A DNA stretch of 64,000 bases. Origin: Candidatus Woesearchaeota archaeon (GTDB lineage: Archaea > Nanobdellota > Nanobdellia > Pacearchaeales > GW2011-AR1). Positions within the stretch are counted from its first letter, which is position 1. Each line of letters starts with the position of its first letter. Position numbers and translations under genes: made by a program. Location: positions 12,714 to 76,713 of the forward strand of contig CAYLOQ010000002.1 of the NCBI GenBank assembly GCA_964385425.1, read 5' to 3'. A model generated the notes under the pieces. That model worked only from the letters and a program-made list of their open reading frames with translations. It had not been told where the DNA came from and made no database searches. Of the stretch, positions 28,060 through 38,520 are shown in pieces.

Positions 28060-30042
28060 TTACCCCCTCCTCCGCAAGCCAACAGTAACAATCAAAATAA
28101 TAAGAACAATAATTCCTACAAATAACAACCAAGGAACAAACAAAGGTATTATGTCTTCCCCATCTTTCTCTATTTTTTGGGGTGTCTTCTCCAATATTAA
28201 GTCTTTCTCTTCTATTTTTAGTGGTTCTTTCGCTTCTATTTTCACAATTTCTTTATTTAGGAATATTGTTTCCATTTGGATTGGTTCTCTTTCCAGAACA
28301 GAAATAGTTTCCTCTCTTTCATCATCTTCACCATCAAAAATAGCTTTTATCACAAGAGTATAATTTCCTTTTTTCGCATTTCCAGGAATCTTAATAGAAA
28401 TAGTTTCTGAATAAAAATCATCTTCACCAAATTCTTCTAGTTCAAAAGTTTCACTCTCTGTCAAAACACCGAGTTCTTTTATTTCAACAACCACATAAAC
28501 ATCCTCATCACTTTCTCCAATATTTTGTACCTCTGTAAAAACATCAAAACTCTTTCCAGCAATAATAGATAATGGGTTTATTGAAAAATCTTCGATAATA
28601 ACTTCGTGTTTTTCTCTTTCTAAATCAATACTAATCGCGCCTTCAACACACTGTGATCCCTCATCACCTTTTTCATAAGCTTTTACAAAAACAAGATAGG
28701 CATCGTCTTCGAAGTCATCAGGAACTTCGAGAATCAAATCAAATTTTTTATCATCATTATCTTTAATTTTCTTATCATCATCGATATTTTGTATTTCGTC
28801 GTCCTCATCAATATTGTATAAGGATGCTTCAACAATTATTTTCTTATCATCATCAGCGTTGTTCTTAACCTCAACCTTCACTTCTATTTCTTCTCCCGGC
28901 CCAAATTCATCGCCTTCATCAGGATCTTTTAACTCTAAATCCAAATCTCCGACAACCCCTGATTTACAGGTGTCTAAGTCATCAAACAAGCTTAAATTAT
29001 GTTTGATTCCACTTTCTCCCGTTTTAAATGAAGAAAAGTGATCAACTTTGAAAACAATTTCACCGTTTGTCGTAGGGTGTGGAGTAGATTCTAAAATATT
29101 ACAGAAATCACATTTTTGGTTTATTGAATTAGGGATTGTCGTAAATCCCTCTGTGAAAAAGATTTCGGGAATTGTATTATATCTTAACCCACTTAAGGTA
29201 ATTATTGCCGGTTTGTCTAGTTGAGGATAAAATGAACTATCTATGGCAACAATCCCTCTTTTTATTTTAACCCTGCTATTCAAATCAGTAACTCCAGATA
29301 AATTTAAACCTTCTAAAAACTCTATTTTTCCTTTTCCTGTTTTTTCAAGAACCACACCTTCCACATTATCTAACTCATCTAAATCTAAAGAATCAAAATC
29401 AGTGGTAGCACCGTCAAAATTCTCTGTTTCAGGTCTTTCTATAATGATTTCCCATTCTTTTGAAACAGTAAGAAATCCGTCGTTGGCAATAGCTGTAATG
29501 TTGTGTTTCCCCTTATCGCTGTTGTTAACTTCATATGAAAAAGAGCTTTCACTTGTATTTGTTATATTAAGAACACTTTTCCCATCTAAAAACCATGAAT
29601 GATTAACAATATCCATGTAACCAGTTGTCGTTGATATATCAAAACTTATATTTTGGGTTTTAGTTACAGTTATGATTTCTGTTTCAGGATTGTGATTAGT
29701 AACATTCAACGCATCCCCTGTCAAAGCAGACAAATTCAGATTAATATCCTGGGGAGAAATACAATCTATTTTTTGTTCAGCTTCAGAATTATTAATGGTT
29801 ATGTCAATCCCATCAAAGCATTCTTCAAACTGGATTAATACAGGCCCATATTTACTTTCATTATCCACACTCGCATTAGCAATTTCTGTTCCATTTATTG
29901 AAAAATTAACAGGCGTTCCTTCAGCAGCAATTCTACCATCTATTTTCACATCACCCTGAAAAATAAGAAACTGGGGAATTGATGCAACTACAGAAATGCT
30001 AATTAATAAAATTCCAAATATTATCAGTGATTTTTTGTCCAT
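28060..30042 (-). CDS. S-layer-like surface protein with Ig-like/CARDB-type domains
   Basis: Signal peptide, acidic beta-rich domains (V.N.G..DEDV), C-terminal TM. Confidence 0.7.
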   Translation of the reverse strand: MDKKSLIIFGILLISISVVASIPQFLIFQGDVKIDGRIAAEGTPVNFSINGTEIANASVDNESKYGPVLIQFEECFDGIDITINNSEAEQKIDCISPQDINLNLSALTGDALNVTNHNPETEIITVTKTQNISFDISTTTGYMDIVNHSWFLDGKSVLNITNTSESSFSYEVNNSDKGKHNITAIANDGFLTVSKEWEIIIERPETENFDGATTDFDSLDLDELDNVEGVVLEKTGKGKIEFLEGLNLSGVTDLNSRVKIKRGIVAIDSSFYPQLDKPAIITLSGLRYNTIPEIFFTEGFTTIPNSINQKCDFCNILESTPHPTTNGEIVFKVDHFSSFKTGESGIKHNLSLFDDLDTCKSGVVGDLDLELKDPDEGDEFGPGEEIEVKVEVKNNADDDKKIIVEASLYNIDEDDEIQNIDDDKKIKDNDDKKFDLILEVPDDFEDDAYLVFVKAYEKGDEGSQCVEGAISIDLEREKHEVIIEDFSINPLSIIAGKSFDVFTEVQNIGESDEDVYVVVEIKELGVLTESETFELEEFGEDDFYSETISIKIPGNAKKGNYTLVIKAIFDGEDDEREETISVLEREPIQMETIFLNKEIVKIEAKEPLKIEEKDLILEKTPQKIEKDGEDIIPLFVPWLLFVGIIVLIILIVTVGLRRRG

Positions 30043-30713
30043 TTTCGGGGTTTAAATTTAATTAACACCACCCCTGCTCCCAAAATCACCAGAACGGTAA
30101 TTACTATAATGCCTTTCCCAGAACCTAAAAAACCAATAGCAGCGCCCGTTATCCCAGATCTTATTGCTCCCTGCTCTTCTATTTCCTGACTCTCTTCTTG
30201 CACTACTTCTTCTCCAGAACTTGAACCAGATCCACTTGTTTCTGTTGTTGGCGGGCTAATGAATCCTCCTCCGCCTCCAGAACTACCAGAAGAACCGCCA
30301 CCTCCACCACCGCCTCCAGAAGAGCCTGAAGAGCTAGGAGGACTAGGAGGTGTTATGATTACGGATAAATCCATGAAAATGGTCTTGCCTCCTTGTCTTG
30401 TAGGTGTTATTGAAGTTCCTGCTATCTCATCAAGAATTTTAAATTCAATTGAATCACTAGATTCACCTGTTGCCACATATAAGTCGTACTCCCCTGCCTC
30501 TGTGACATTATAAACAGATTCCAGCACAGAATCAACATAGATACTTATCTGTATTCCTACTACAGCGTTTTGTCCGTCAATAGTCACATTTCCTATGAAA
30601 TGGTCTGGTAAAGGAGGGATAGGGGGCAAGGCATAAACCAGACTAATAAAGAAAACACTCAAAAAGATTAAAACTATTTCTTTTTTCGCTTTAATATTAA
30701 TTTTCTTTTCCAT
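30024..30713 (-). CDS. Surface protein with Gly/Ser linker and C-terminal TM anchor
   Basis: P..F.G.V.IDG..A..G domain, poly-G/S linker, ITGAAIG pre-TM motif. Confidence 0.7.
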   Translation of the reverse strand: MEKKINIKAKKEIVLIFLSVFFISLVYALPPIPPLPDHFIGNVTIDGQNAVVGIQISIYVDSVLESVYNVTEAGEYDLYVATGESSDSIEFKILDEIAGTSITPTRQGGKTIFMDLSVIITPPSPPSSSGSSGGGGGGGGSSGSSGGGGGFISPPTTETSGSGSSSGEEVVQEESQEIEEQGAIRSGITGAAIGFLGSGKGIIVITVLVILGAGVVLIKFKPRKWTKNH

Positions 30714-31093
30714 GTTAAGAGTCCTGCAGCCAAGATTATTAAGGCTGCTCCAAGGTAATAAACGAGGTATGATTTTTCAATTTTTAAACTTAATTGTTCA
30801 AAACCACTGCTTTCGTAAGATATACTTTCATTAGCAGAAATTCCGTCGACATAAAACTCCACTTCCTGCCCTGCTTCAAGTTTCTGCAGCAGAATAGTAA
30901 ACTTTCCTCTCTCATTCACTTCTGAACTCGCAAACTCTTCGCCATCCAAAAGAGCAGTTATTTCTGTTCCAACCTTTGCAGGATTTTCATTAATATAAAC
31001 ATCACCAGAAACAATCATTGGAAGTTCTGGAACTGCAAGAATAAAACCGGAACTTATTATTAAAATTAATAAACCTAAGGGAAAAATTTTCAT
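30674..31093 (-). CDS. Small surface protein, paralogous N-terminal domain to its neighbours
   Basis: P...SG.V.IN...A.VGT.I domain with signal peptide and TM. Confidence 0.7.
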   Translation of the reverse strand: MKIFPLGLLILIISSGFILAVPELPMIVSGDVYINENPAKVGTEITALLDGEEFASSEVNERGKFTILLQKLEAGQEVEFYVDGISANESISYESSGFEQLSLKIEKSYLVYYLGAALIILAAGLLTWKRKLILKRKKK

Positions 31094-31094
31094 T

Positions 31095-34000
31095 TTACTT
31101 AAAGATGTAAACCCAATAACCTTCTCCAGGGTTCATTAAATTTGAGGTAACCATAAGTTCAAATTTGTCTAGAGATTCATCATATCTTATTACAGAGAAG
31201 ACAGGTAGGGGCTCGTCAAAGATTGAGCTAAATGCACTACTGACATTCATTTCCTCTGTTGAAGTCAGTCCGATTAAATTCCATCCTCCTTCCAAGGCGT
31301 CAATATTGATTTTTCCAGAAGGAAGGCAGAAAGGTCCCGTACAATCTCCAGAATAATCTAATCCCAAAATTGTTAATGTAGCATTATCAACCCAATACCC
31401 TATTCCAGGTTCTATTGTTACAGGTCTAGCCCACACATTTCCGTTATATTCCCAGACAGCATTGATTGGTAACAATGTATTTGTAACATTTTCAACTAGG
31501 GTCTTTGGAACAGAAACCAGATTCCACGATGAATCAAGTTCCCAGATTAAGTCGTTTACTGTTATTGTAAATGTTGAACTTGTTTGTGTTTTTCCTGCAT
31601 TATCTTCCGCCGTGATATGGTAATCTACTGTTCCTTTTTCAGTTGAAGCAAGAATTGTGAAGGTATATGAATCTCCACTTATAACAGGCGTATTATCTGT
31701 TCCTCCAACTCCATCAACAGTATAATGAAGTGTTGCACTTGCAACCCCGCTTCCACTATCTATTATGGTAGCTGTTATCTCTGTAGAATCTCCAACAACT
31801 CTTTTTGTTATTGTTTGTGTGTGAGTTATTTCTGGAGGAGTTGTATCAAGAGTTATATCATCTGAAAACTGGTCAACATTTCCTGCATCATCTCTAACTT
31901 CAAGGTAAACTGTTTTACTTCCGTCACCTGCTGTTAATACCCGTGTTTTTGATGTTGTACAAGCTTCCCATGAACTCCAGGTGCTTGCATCATTACTAAA
32001 CCTACATTCTAATTCAGTGTCTAAATTATCAGCGAATGTTAAACCCAATTCAATATTTGCATTACCTGTATATAGTGCTCCACCTTCTATTGAGACAGAA
32101 CCTGTTGGGTCTGTGAAATCTATATTGAATGTTCTTGAAACTTCTGTTCCTTCATTTCCAGAATTATCTTCTGTTTTAATAAATACTTCACAAATATTGG
32201 TTCCTTCATCTCGACAATTCGATCCACTTCCAACCGTTATTAATCTTGAAATAATTTCATTATTTCCACTACAAGAACCTGCACTCTTGTAAAATTCTGT
32301 GATTGTTCCATTACTTACAACCTTATATTTACATTCACCATCAGCTAATCCTGCTCCCCCTGTATCAGAATATTCAAGTTCAGCATTAAAATCAGAATTC
32401 TGCCAAGAACTTTCTGCAGGAGAATTTACTGTTGATGTCGGTGCATCATGATCTGTGTTAACACCTGCGTCATAAGCCCAAGGAGTAAAATCAACATCTC
32501 CAACTAACTGATCACTTGGGTCTAAATCTCCCCACCAGTTATCTTCTGCATCAAGAACATAACTTCCTGATGTTTTTAAAATACTTACAGATTTGAGTCC
32601 ATATGCTCCAGGTATTCCTACTAACTTGTTAAGATTAATTCTATTTCCAAGCCCAAAATTGGAATCTGTAAGAGTATCATCAGGATCAGCTCCACCAACA
32701 TTTGTATCAAAGAATGCTACTCCATAATTGTTTGTAGAGTCAACATCGTTATTTGTGAAAACGAAATCAGATAAAATTCCTGAAGGAGCAGATGCATCCT
32801 GTGTCCAAACATACGCAACCCCGTCTGTATCTCTAAAAGTGTTATCGTTAATCAATATATCTATTAAATTGGAATTTTGTAAATTAATTGGTATTGAACC
32901 TTTGTTTACTGTGTTACGCTTAAAGTCTAAACTTTCAACTTCAGTATTTAGGGGAAATCCAAAACTTCCACCAATCTTCCAAGGATTTGAAATCATGTTT
33001 GTTGGTCCATTGAAGACATTGTCGTTCATGACTATATTGGAAACTTTGTTGGTTGGCGTTCCTCCACCAATCCAAACACCAATAGAAGGATCAGTTGTTA
33101 AATCAAATACGGAATTTAAAATTTGTACATTATTAATAGCAGATGATGAAGAATCAATTGTGATTGCAACCCCACTAGAAGGGTTGAAAGTAAATCCATC
33201 TAATGTGACATCGCTTGAAGTTATTGTATGAGTACCGTTAATTATAGCTTCACTATTTTCCTGTAATGTTACTTTTTTATTAATAGTTAAACTTTCTTCA
33301 TATTCTCCAGAATAAATATTAATTATAGCTTCCGAAGATGCTGCATTTATGCTTGGCTGAATTCCTCCATAAAACTCCCCCGTTCCATCCACTTCTGCAA
33401 CATGGAAGAAATCATCTATATTATTTGTGAAAGTATTTCCACTTAGAGTAGCTGTTCCAGTAGTTCTCTCAAACACAAGCCCCCTCACATTATCATGAAT
33501 ATTATTGTTTGTCATAACTGCACTTGAACTGTCTGTTGTTGAAAAAACAGATGTTATAACAATAGCAGAATCACTATCATAGATTTCGTTATCGTGAATA
33601 TTTGCATGCGAATCGGCTTCGCTACTATCCCAAGCAAAGGAACTCACAAATATGCCTGGAGAGTCCCATGTAGGGGGCCAATCAGTACTTAAGGCATTAT
33701 GTAATTCGTTTCCATAAATTTCTACATTAGAACCGTCAAAAACATTAACTAAATTTTGAACTCTACTTGTTCCATCAACATTATCTCCCACAACTTCGTT
33801 ATCATAGAAAATTCCATCAGAATTGAGATATCTAATACCTCTTTTTTGGAATGAAGAGATTGTGTTGTTGTTTATGTCTGAATTGGTTGAATCGTCAACT
33901 TGAATCCCATTTCCTTGATTTTTCCAAACATTCTTTACATCAGAATTTTTAATTTCCACATTATCAGTACTTGAAAGCCATATCCCATAATCAAATACAT

Positions 34001-35462
34001 TGTCCCCTGTTTCTAAGCCACTGCCATTAACTTCAAAATTATCAAACACAACACCATCTGCAGTGATTTTTACAATATAATTATGAATTGAATCATCTCC
34101 AGAAATTACTGGCTTTGTCACTCCTGTTCCTACTAATGTAAGTGACTTATCTATTAAGATACTTTCGGGGTAACTGTCTGAAACAACCTCAATTGTATCA
34201 CTAGGACTTGCAGCGTCGATTGCATCCTGGATTATGCTGAAAACATTAAACTCAACAGGATCGCTGAAATCGTCATTCTCTGCATTGTCTGTAGCATAAG
34301 CACAAACCCATGAATGCCCTGTTATTGAAACAGAAACTCCACTTATGTATGTTCCCAAATCACCTGGAGAACATGAAGCCCCTGGATCTGTAGTATAAAC
34401 TTTATATTTAGTTTCACTACAGTCACTTACACCATCTGTGCAGCTTATTGTTGCTGTTACACCATCAGCATCAACGATTAAACCAGAAGGTGCTCCACTA
34501 ACGCTTGCAGTTGGATCTGTTTTATCAATTTTAACAGTCTTTTCTTGTGTATTTTGAACATTCCCTGCAAAATCTTTTGAAGCGTATCTAAAGTGAGTTG
34601 TGCCTTCTGCTGTTATTGGAACTGAACTAACATAAGTTATACCACTTACAGGATCACAACTTTCAGTCAAACAATATCTTGTCCATTCAATTACAGAACT
34701 TGGTGAAGGATCAGTTTGAGTCAAAGTAATCGTTTGATCTGAATCTACCCATTCATCATCAAAAGCATAATTGTCTGAAGTTGTTGGATCAACAGTATCA
34801 ACAATTGTAGAGGCGTCAGCACTTCCAGGAGCACTTTCTATATTTCCTGAATTATCTGTTGCTATTGTATGAAAGTCGTAATTTCCATCCCCTCCTGTTG
34901 TACTTGAATCAAAAGAAATTGGACTAGAAGTAAAAACCCCATAAGAGGTTAAACTTCCACCATCTTTTTTGTAGAATAATTCAACTTCTTTCACACCAGA
35001 AGCAGAATCTGTTGCCGTATAAGGAACATCAAATGTTACAGTATTTTGAAAAGTACTTAAAGAGTCTGCGGAAGATGTAGGAGCATTATTATCTACAGTA
35101 AAAACAGAGTTAGAAACATCATCTGGTGCTCCAGGAGAACTTCCTGTTTCAACAACCTGTATTAAATAATTAGTACCATCAGGAGTGGAGGTAGTATCCC
35201 ATAATTGAGACCTTGAAGTATGAAATAATGTTTCTACAATTGTTGTCCAACTCTCCCCACCATTAGGTGAGTATCTTACATCAAATCTATCACTGGACTC
35301 ACTTCCTGTCACATCCCAAGTAATAATAACACCATCACTAACAAATTCTTCTCCATCTGGAAAAGTGAGATCAATACTTGTCGCAGCACTAACAACACCC
35401 AAAAATCCGAAGATAAATATTAGAGAAACCAGTGGAAGAATCAAACCTTTTTTTATCTCCAT
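31095..35462 (-). CDS. Large secreted protein with Ig-like and parallel beta-helix domains
   Basis: Signal peptide, repeated D.T.P / ATD.AGN Ig-like ends, IQDAIDAA..DTI beta-helix caps, two L..GWNL(V/I) motifs. Confidence 0.8.
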   Translation of the reverse strand: MEIKKGLILPLVSLIFIFGFLGVVSAATSIDLTFPDGEEFVSDGVIITWDVTGSESSDRFDVRYSPNGGESWTTIVETLFHTSRSQLWDTTSTPDGTNYLIQVVETGSSPGAPDDVSNSVFTVDNNAPTSSADSLSTFQNTVTFDVPYTATDSASGVKEVELFYKKDGGSLTSYGVFTSSPISFDSSTTGGDGNYDFHTIATDNSGNIESAPGSADASTIVDTVDPTTSDNYAFDDEWVDSDQTITLTQTDPSPSSVIEWTRYCLTESCDPVSGITYVSSVPITAEGTTHFRYASKDFAGNVQNTQEKTVKIDKTDPTASVSGAPSGLIVDADGVTATISCTDGVSDCSETKYKVYTTDPGASCSPGDLGTYISGVSVSITGHSWVCAYATDNAENDDFSDPVEFNVFSIIQDAIDAASPSDTIEVVSDSYPESILIDKSLTLVGTGVTKPVISGDDSIHNYIVKITADGVVFDNFEVNGSGLETGDNVFDYGIWLSSTDNVEIKNSDVKNVWKNQGNGIQVDDSTNSDINNNTISSFQKRGIRYLNSDGIFYDNEVVGDNVDGTSRVQNLVNVFDGSNVEIYGNELHNALSTDWPPTWDSPGIFVSSFAWDSSEADSHANIHDNEIYDSDSAIVITSVFSTTDSSSAVMTNNNIHDNVRGLVFERTTGTATLSGNTFTNNIDDFFHVAEVDGTGEFYGGIQPSINAASSEAIINIYSGEYEESLTINKKVTLQENSEAIINGTHTITSSDVTLDGFTFNPSSGVAITIDSSSSAINNVQILNSVFDLTTDPSIGVWIGGGTPTNKVSNIVMNDNVFNGPTNMISNPWKIGGSFGFPLNTEVESLDFKRNTVNKGSIPINLQNSNLIDILINDNTFRDTDGVAYVWTQDASAPSGILSDFVFTNNDVDSTNNYGVAFFDTNVGGADPDDTLTDSNFGLGNRINLNKLVGIPGAYGLKSVSILKTSGSYVLDAEDNWWGDLDPSDQLVGDVDFTPWAYDAGVNTDHDAPTSTVNSPAESSWQNSDFNAELEYSDTGGAGLADGECKYKVVSNGTITEFYKSAGSCSGNNEIISRLITVGSGSNCRDEGTNICEVFIKTEDNSGNEGTEVSRTFNIDFTDPTGSVSIEGGALYTGNANIELGLTFADNLDTELECRFSNDASTWSSWEACTTSKTRVLTAGDGSKTVYLEVRDDAGNVDQFSDDITLDTTPPEITHTQTITKRVVGDSTEITATIIDSGSGVASATLHYTVDGVGGTDNTPVISGDSYTFTILASTEKGTVDYHITAEDNAGKTQTSSTFTITVNDLIWELDSSWNLVSVPKTLVENVTNTLLPINAVWEYNGNVWARPVTIEPGIGYWVDNATLTILGLDYSGDCTGPFCLPSGKINIDALEGGWNLIGLTSTEEMNVSSAFSSIFDEPLPVFSVIRYDESLDKFELMVTSNLMNPGEGYWVYIFK

Positions 35463-35787
35463 AACTTTCAATAAAAGAAAACCCTATTTAAATATTTTTA
35501 TATTCGAAGGATTATATCTAAGTGGGTGCTTTCTGTCATCCCTTTTAATTGATGAATCAATATTTATCCTATCTCCTATTAATATAAGGGGGTTTTAGGG
35601 GTTTGTGATGGTGACTTTATTTGAAGATGTTATTTCAGGGTGAATTGGGAAGACTAGGGGAATTAGTGATACTCTGACCACAGAAGAGTACCCATTAGAA
35701 TGTTTAGAATTTCATCCCTTTATCGAATCCCAATGATTGTCGGGAAGTACGCTTGGAACATGGGAGATTTTTATTGAGATGCTTTAT

Positions 35788-36075
35788 TTAATTATTGCGA
35801 CGATGACCTATTTTAACAAACACTTCCATAAATACCCACGCAACCAAAAATAAGAGCGCCCATAAACTATATCCCCATATAAGATTATATAATATTAACA
35901 AAACTATTGCTCCCCAAAAAATAAAGATAAAAATCCATTTTAGAACCCATACTAGACCAGTAGAGAAGTTATATTTATAATTTTCTTCATTAAAAATTGC
36001 ATTAAAAATACCATAGATAAATACGCCTATTCTAGGTAATATTCCATCATCTCCAAAAGCATATTTTTCTACCAT
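35788..36075 (-). CDS. Hypothetical membrane protein
   Basis: Hydrophobic ORF of 95 aa. Confidence 0.55.
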   Translation of the reverse strand: MVEKYAFGDDGILPRIGVFIYGIFNAIFNEENYKYNFSTGLVWVLKWIFIFIFWGAIVLLILYNLIWGYSLWALLFLVAWVFMEVFVKIGHRRNN

Positions 36076-36144
36076 TTTATCTTTAAGTTTCTGTTGTTTT
36101 TATAGATTTCGGGACTATTAAAAAAGATTGGAACACTCATCTTA

Positions 36145-37278
36145 CTAAACCCCCACCAGCACCTTCTCCTTCCCAGTCTTCATATCCTTAACCTTAAACT
36201 TTTTACTCTTGACTTCTTTACTTCCAACGAAGATGGCATTTCCAATATTATAGCTATTTGCATATTCTAATGCCTTGCTAGGTTTCCCATAATAAATGCT
36301 AACAGTTTTCCCTTTTTTTCTTAACTTCTTCGCAAGTTCAATAGCTTTCCTATCTTGTCCGAGAGAAATAATGAGATATTTCTCTTTTTCACTTTTTATT
36401 TTTGTAACGGCAGACAGCCTCTCAATACTGACCCCATAGCCAACACCAGTCTTTCCATTAAAAGTATAGCTCCCTCCTCCAAAAATAGTTTCTTTAATTA
36501 CTGATTTTATTTCAAAAATGGTTCCCGTATAATAGCTAAGTCCTCTTGCCAAAGAAGGAGAAAATTTAATTTTAATTCCATAAAACTCACAATATTTTTT
36601 TAGTTCTTCAATTTCCCCATAGGCTTTATATTTCTTAAAGTAAGGTTCTGGTTTTTTTAATATTTTTAAAATATTTTCTGCCTTGTATTTTCTCAGATTC
36701 TTTTTAACCTCGGTTTCTGAAAGCTTATCAAGCTTATCTATTTCTCTTATAACTTGTTCCTTATCTGATTTCTTTATTTTATTCTCATCTAAGATTTCAT
36801 TAATTAACTTCCTATTATTTACATAGATTGTAAAATCTGTTCCCAATTTATCTAAAATCTCTTTTGCTGTTGATAAAATTTCTGCATCATCCTTTACCGT
36901 TGAACCAAGAATATCAACTTCGCACTGGGTAAATTGTCTGAATCTGTTTGAAGAAACTGGCTCATCTCTGAAAACAGGGCCTATTTGATATCTCTTATAG
37001 GGAAGTTTCTTGTTTTTCATAAGTCTTTTCAGTTGAAATGTAAATTCATATCTCAAGGCTAGCCTTCTCTTGCCTTTGTCTCTCAGCTTAAAGATGTCTG
37101 AGACAGCTTCATCTCCTTTATTCTCCCCTTTTACAAAATCTTCATATTCTATTATTGGAGTCTCTGCTGGTTCAAACCCATATCTCTCAAACGTATCAAC
37201 TATGATTTTTTTGATTTCTGCTCTCTTTCCAGCTTCTTCCCCTGAATAATCCTTGAAGCCTTTTACTGTTGGTGTCAT
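36145..37278 (-). CDS. hisS: Histidine--tRNA ligase (compact)
   Basis: VKGFKDY, ETPIIE, LRYEFT, YQIGPVFRDE..RFRQFTQC, LARGLSYYTG, GGG.Y; C-terminal anticodon domain. Confidence 0.93.
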   Translation of the reverse strand: MTPTVKGFKDYSGEEAGKRAEIKKIIVDTFERYGFEPAETPIIEYEDFVKGENKGDEAVSDIFKLRDKGKRRLALRYEFTFQLKRLMKNKKLPYKRYQIGPVFRDEPVSSNRFRQFTQCEVDILGSTVKDDAEILSTAKEILDKLGTDFTIYVNNRKLINEILDENKIKKSDKEQVIREIDKLDKLSETEVKKNLRKYKAENILKILKKPEPYFKKYKAYGEIEELKKYCEFYGIKIKFSPSLARGLSYYTGTIFEIKSVIKETIFGGGSYTFNGKTGVGYGVSIERLSAVTKIKSEKEKYLIISLGQDRKAIELAKKLRKKGKTVSIYYGKPSKALEYANSYNIGNAIFVGSKEVKSKKFKVKDMKTGKEKVLVGV

Positions 37279-37706
37279 TTTAGTTTCTCCAGTTTTTTAA
37301 TTAGTGAGTCAACTTTCTTAATTATTTCTTTAATCGCTTTTCCGCAAGCTATACGGTCTCCAAACTCTACATCTGAAATTTTCCACTTAACCACTTTTAT
37401 TTTTTTAATTCCCACATTCTTTAAGGAAATTTTACTTTCAAATAAAGATTTAGGAATTTCTTTCCCCACAACTACAATTAAGTCTACCCACCTCATTAAT
37501 TTAGTATCAATGCATTGGGGTTTTCCTTTCAAACTAATTCCTAGCTTCTTAGCTCCTTCAACCTGATATTTATCTAAGGGTGTCCAACCTTTAATAATCC
37601 CTGCACTCTTTACCTTAATATCCTTATTTTTATTTATCTTATTAAAATAATCTTCAGCTATCTTGCTTCGGAATCTATTCCATTTACAAATAAATAATAT
37701 TTTCAT
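37275..37706 (-). CDS. Low-molecular-weight phosphatase/ArsC-like protein
   Basis: ILFICKWNRFRSKIAE (CX5R), V.SAG, W.ISD. Confidence 0.85.
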   Translation of the reverse strand: MKILFICKWNRFRSKIAEDYFNKINKNKDIKVKSAGIIKGWTPLDKYQVEGAKKLGISLKGKPQCIDTKLMRWVDLIVVVGKEIPKSLFESKISLKNVGIKKIKVVKWKISDVEFGDRIACGKAIKEIIKKVDSLIKKLEKLK

Positions 37707-37729
37707 TTCATCCTCCTTTTAAATTTGAG

Positions 37730-37801
37730 GGTGGAAGGAGGGAATCGAACCCTCGTTTTGCGGACCACAACCACACGTTCTGCCATTAAACTACAACCAC
37801 C
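37730..37801 (-). tRNA. tRNA-His (GTG) with encoded G-1
   Basis: Anticodon arm TGTGG-TTGTGGT-CCGCA, T arm GAGGG-TTCGATT-CCCTC, G-1:C73. Confidence 0.9.
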
Positions 37802-37978
37802 ATTATTTAATTTAGTAAAGAATGATATAAAAAGCTTACTTGATTTAGAGTAATTACTAAAGAAATCTTTTCTAATGATGCCGATAACTAACAGTTTTAG
37901 CTGTCATGATAATTCTTGGTAAGACTGGTTTTTAAAATTAACTATTTAAAACTAAAAGGAATTAAGAAAAAAATAAAA

Positions 37979-38416
37979 TTAAGGCCATGTGTTTGTCTGA
38001 GAGCAAATCTGTTCTACTCCTGAAGCATCTGTGAAATAAGCTGTGACTTCCACTTTATTAGCACCAGTTATTCCTCCATCAATATCTCTTGTCACTGTGT
38101 CTAGAGGAACTATATTTCCTGAAGAATCTATCACACCGCCACTACTGGTATCATTGAAGAACACTAATTTAACTCCTCCTATATCATCACCACCAACATT
38201 CCTGTGTAAGGTGACATCGTAATTTGTTCCATTAGTACTTACAACTATTGTTGCCCTTGTATCAACTTCCAAACACCTTGAACCAAGGTCAATTTGTTCA
38301 GCTCCCTGCTCAAGAACATTCCTTACAACTGTCCAAACAATAAATATTGCCACAAAAACCAAAAGTACTATTATTAAAATCGTTACAACACCCGATAGCC
38401 CTCTTTTATTTATCAT
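37979..38416 (-). CDS. Archaeal type IV pilin-like protein
   Basis: Class III signal peptide KRG|LSGVVTILIIVLLV followed by a hydrophobic helix. Confidence 0.85.
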   Translation of the reverse strand: MINKRGLSGVVTILIIVLLVFVAIFIVWTVVRNVLEQGAEQIDLGSRCLEVDTRATIVVSTNGTNYDVTLHRNVGGDDIGGVKLVFFNDTSSGGVIDSSGNIVPLDTVTRDIDGGITGANKVEVTAYFTDASGVEQICSQTNTWP

Positions 38417-38520
38417 ATCACTCTTTTTGTTTAATTATTAATCTAATTAGATAACTTTAGTTTAAAAATGTTTTTATTCTATTTCATTGGTGCATAAGCG
38501 GTTGGTAATTTTGCTATGAT

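Noticed and set aside
30259..30340. GC-rich CCT/CCA/CCG repeat tract
   Set aside because: It simply encodes the Gly/Ser linker of the surface protein on the minus strand.
35600..35787. Possible pseudogene remnant between the surface operon and the membrane ORF
   Set aside because: The frames I translated contain stops and no recognisable protein motif.
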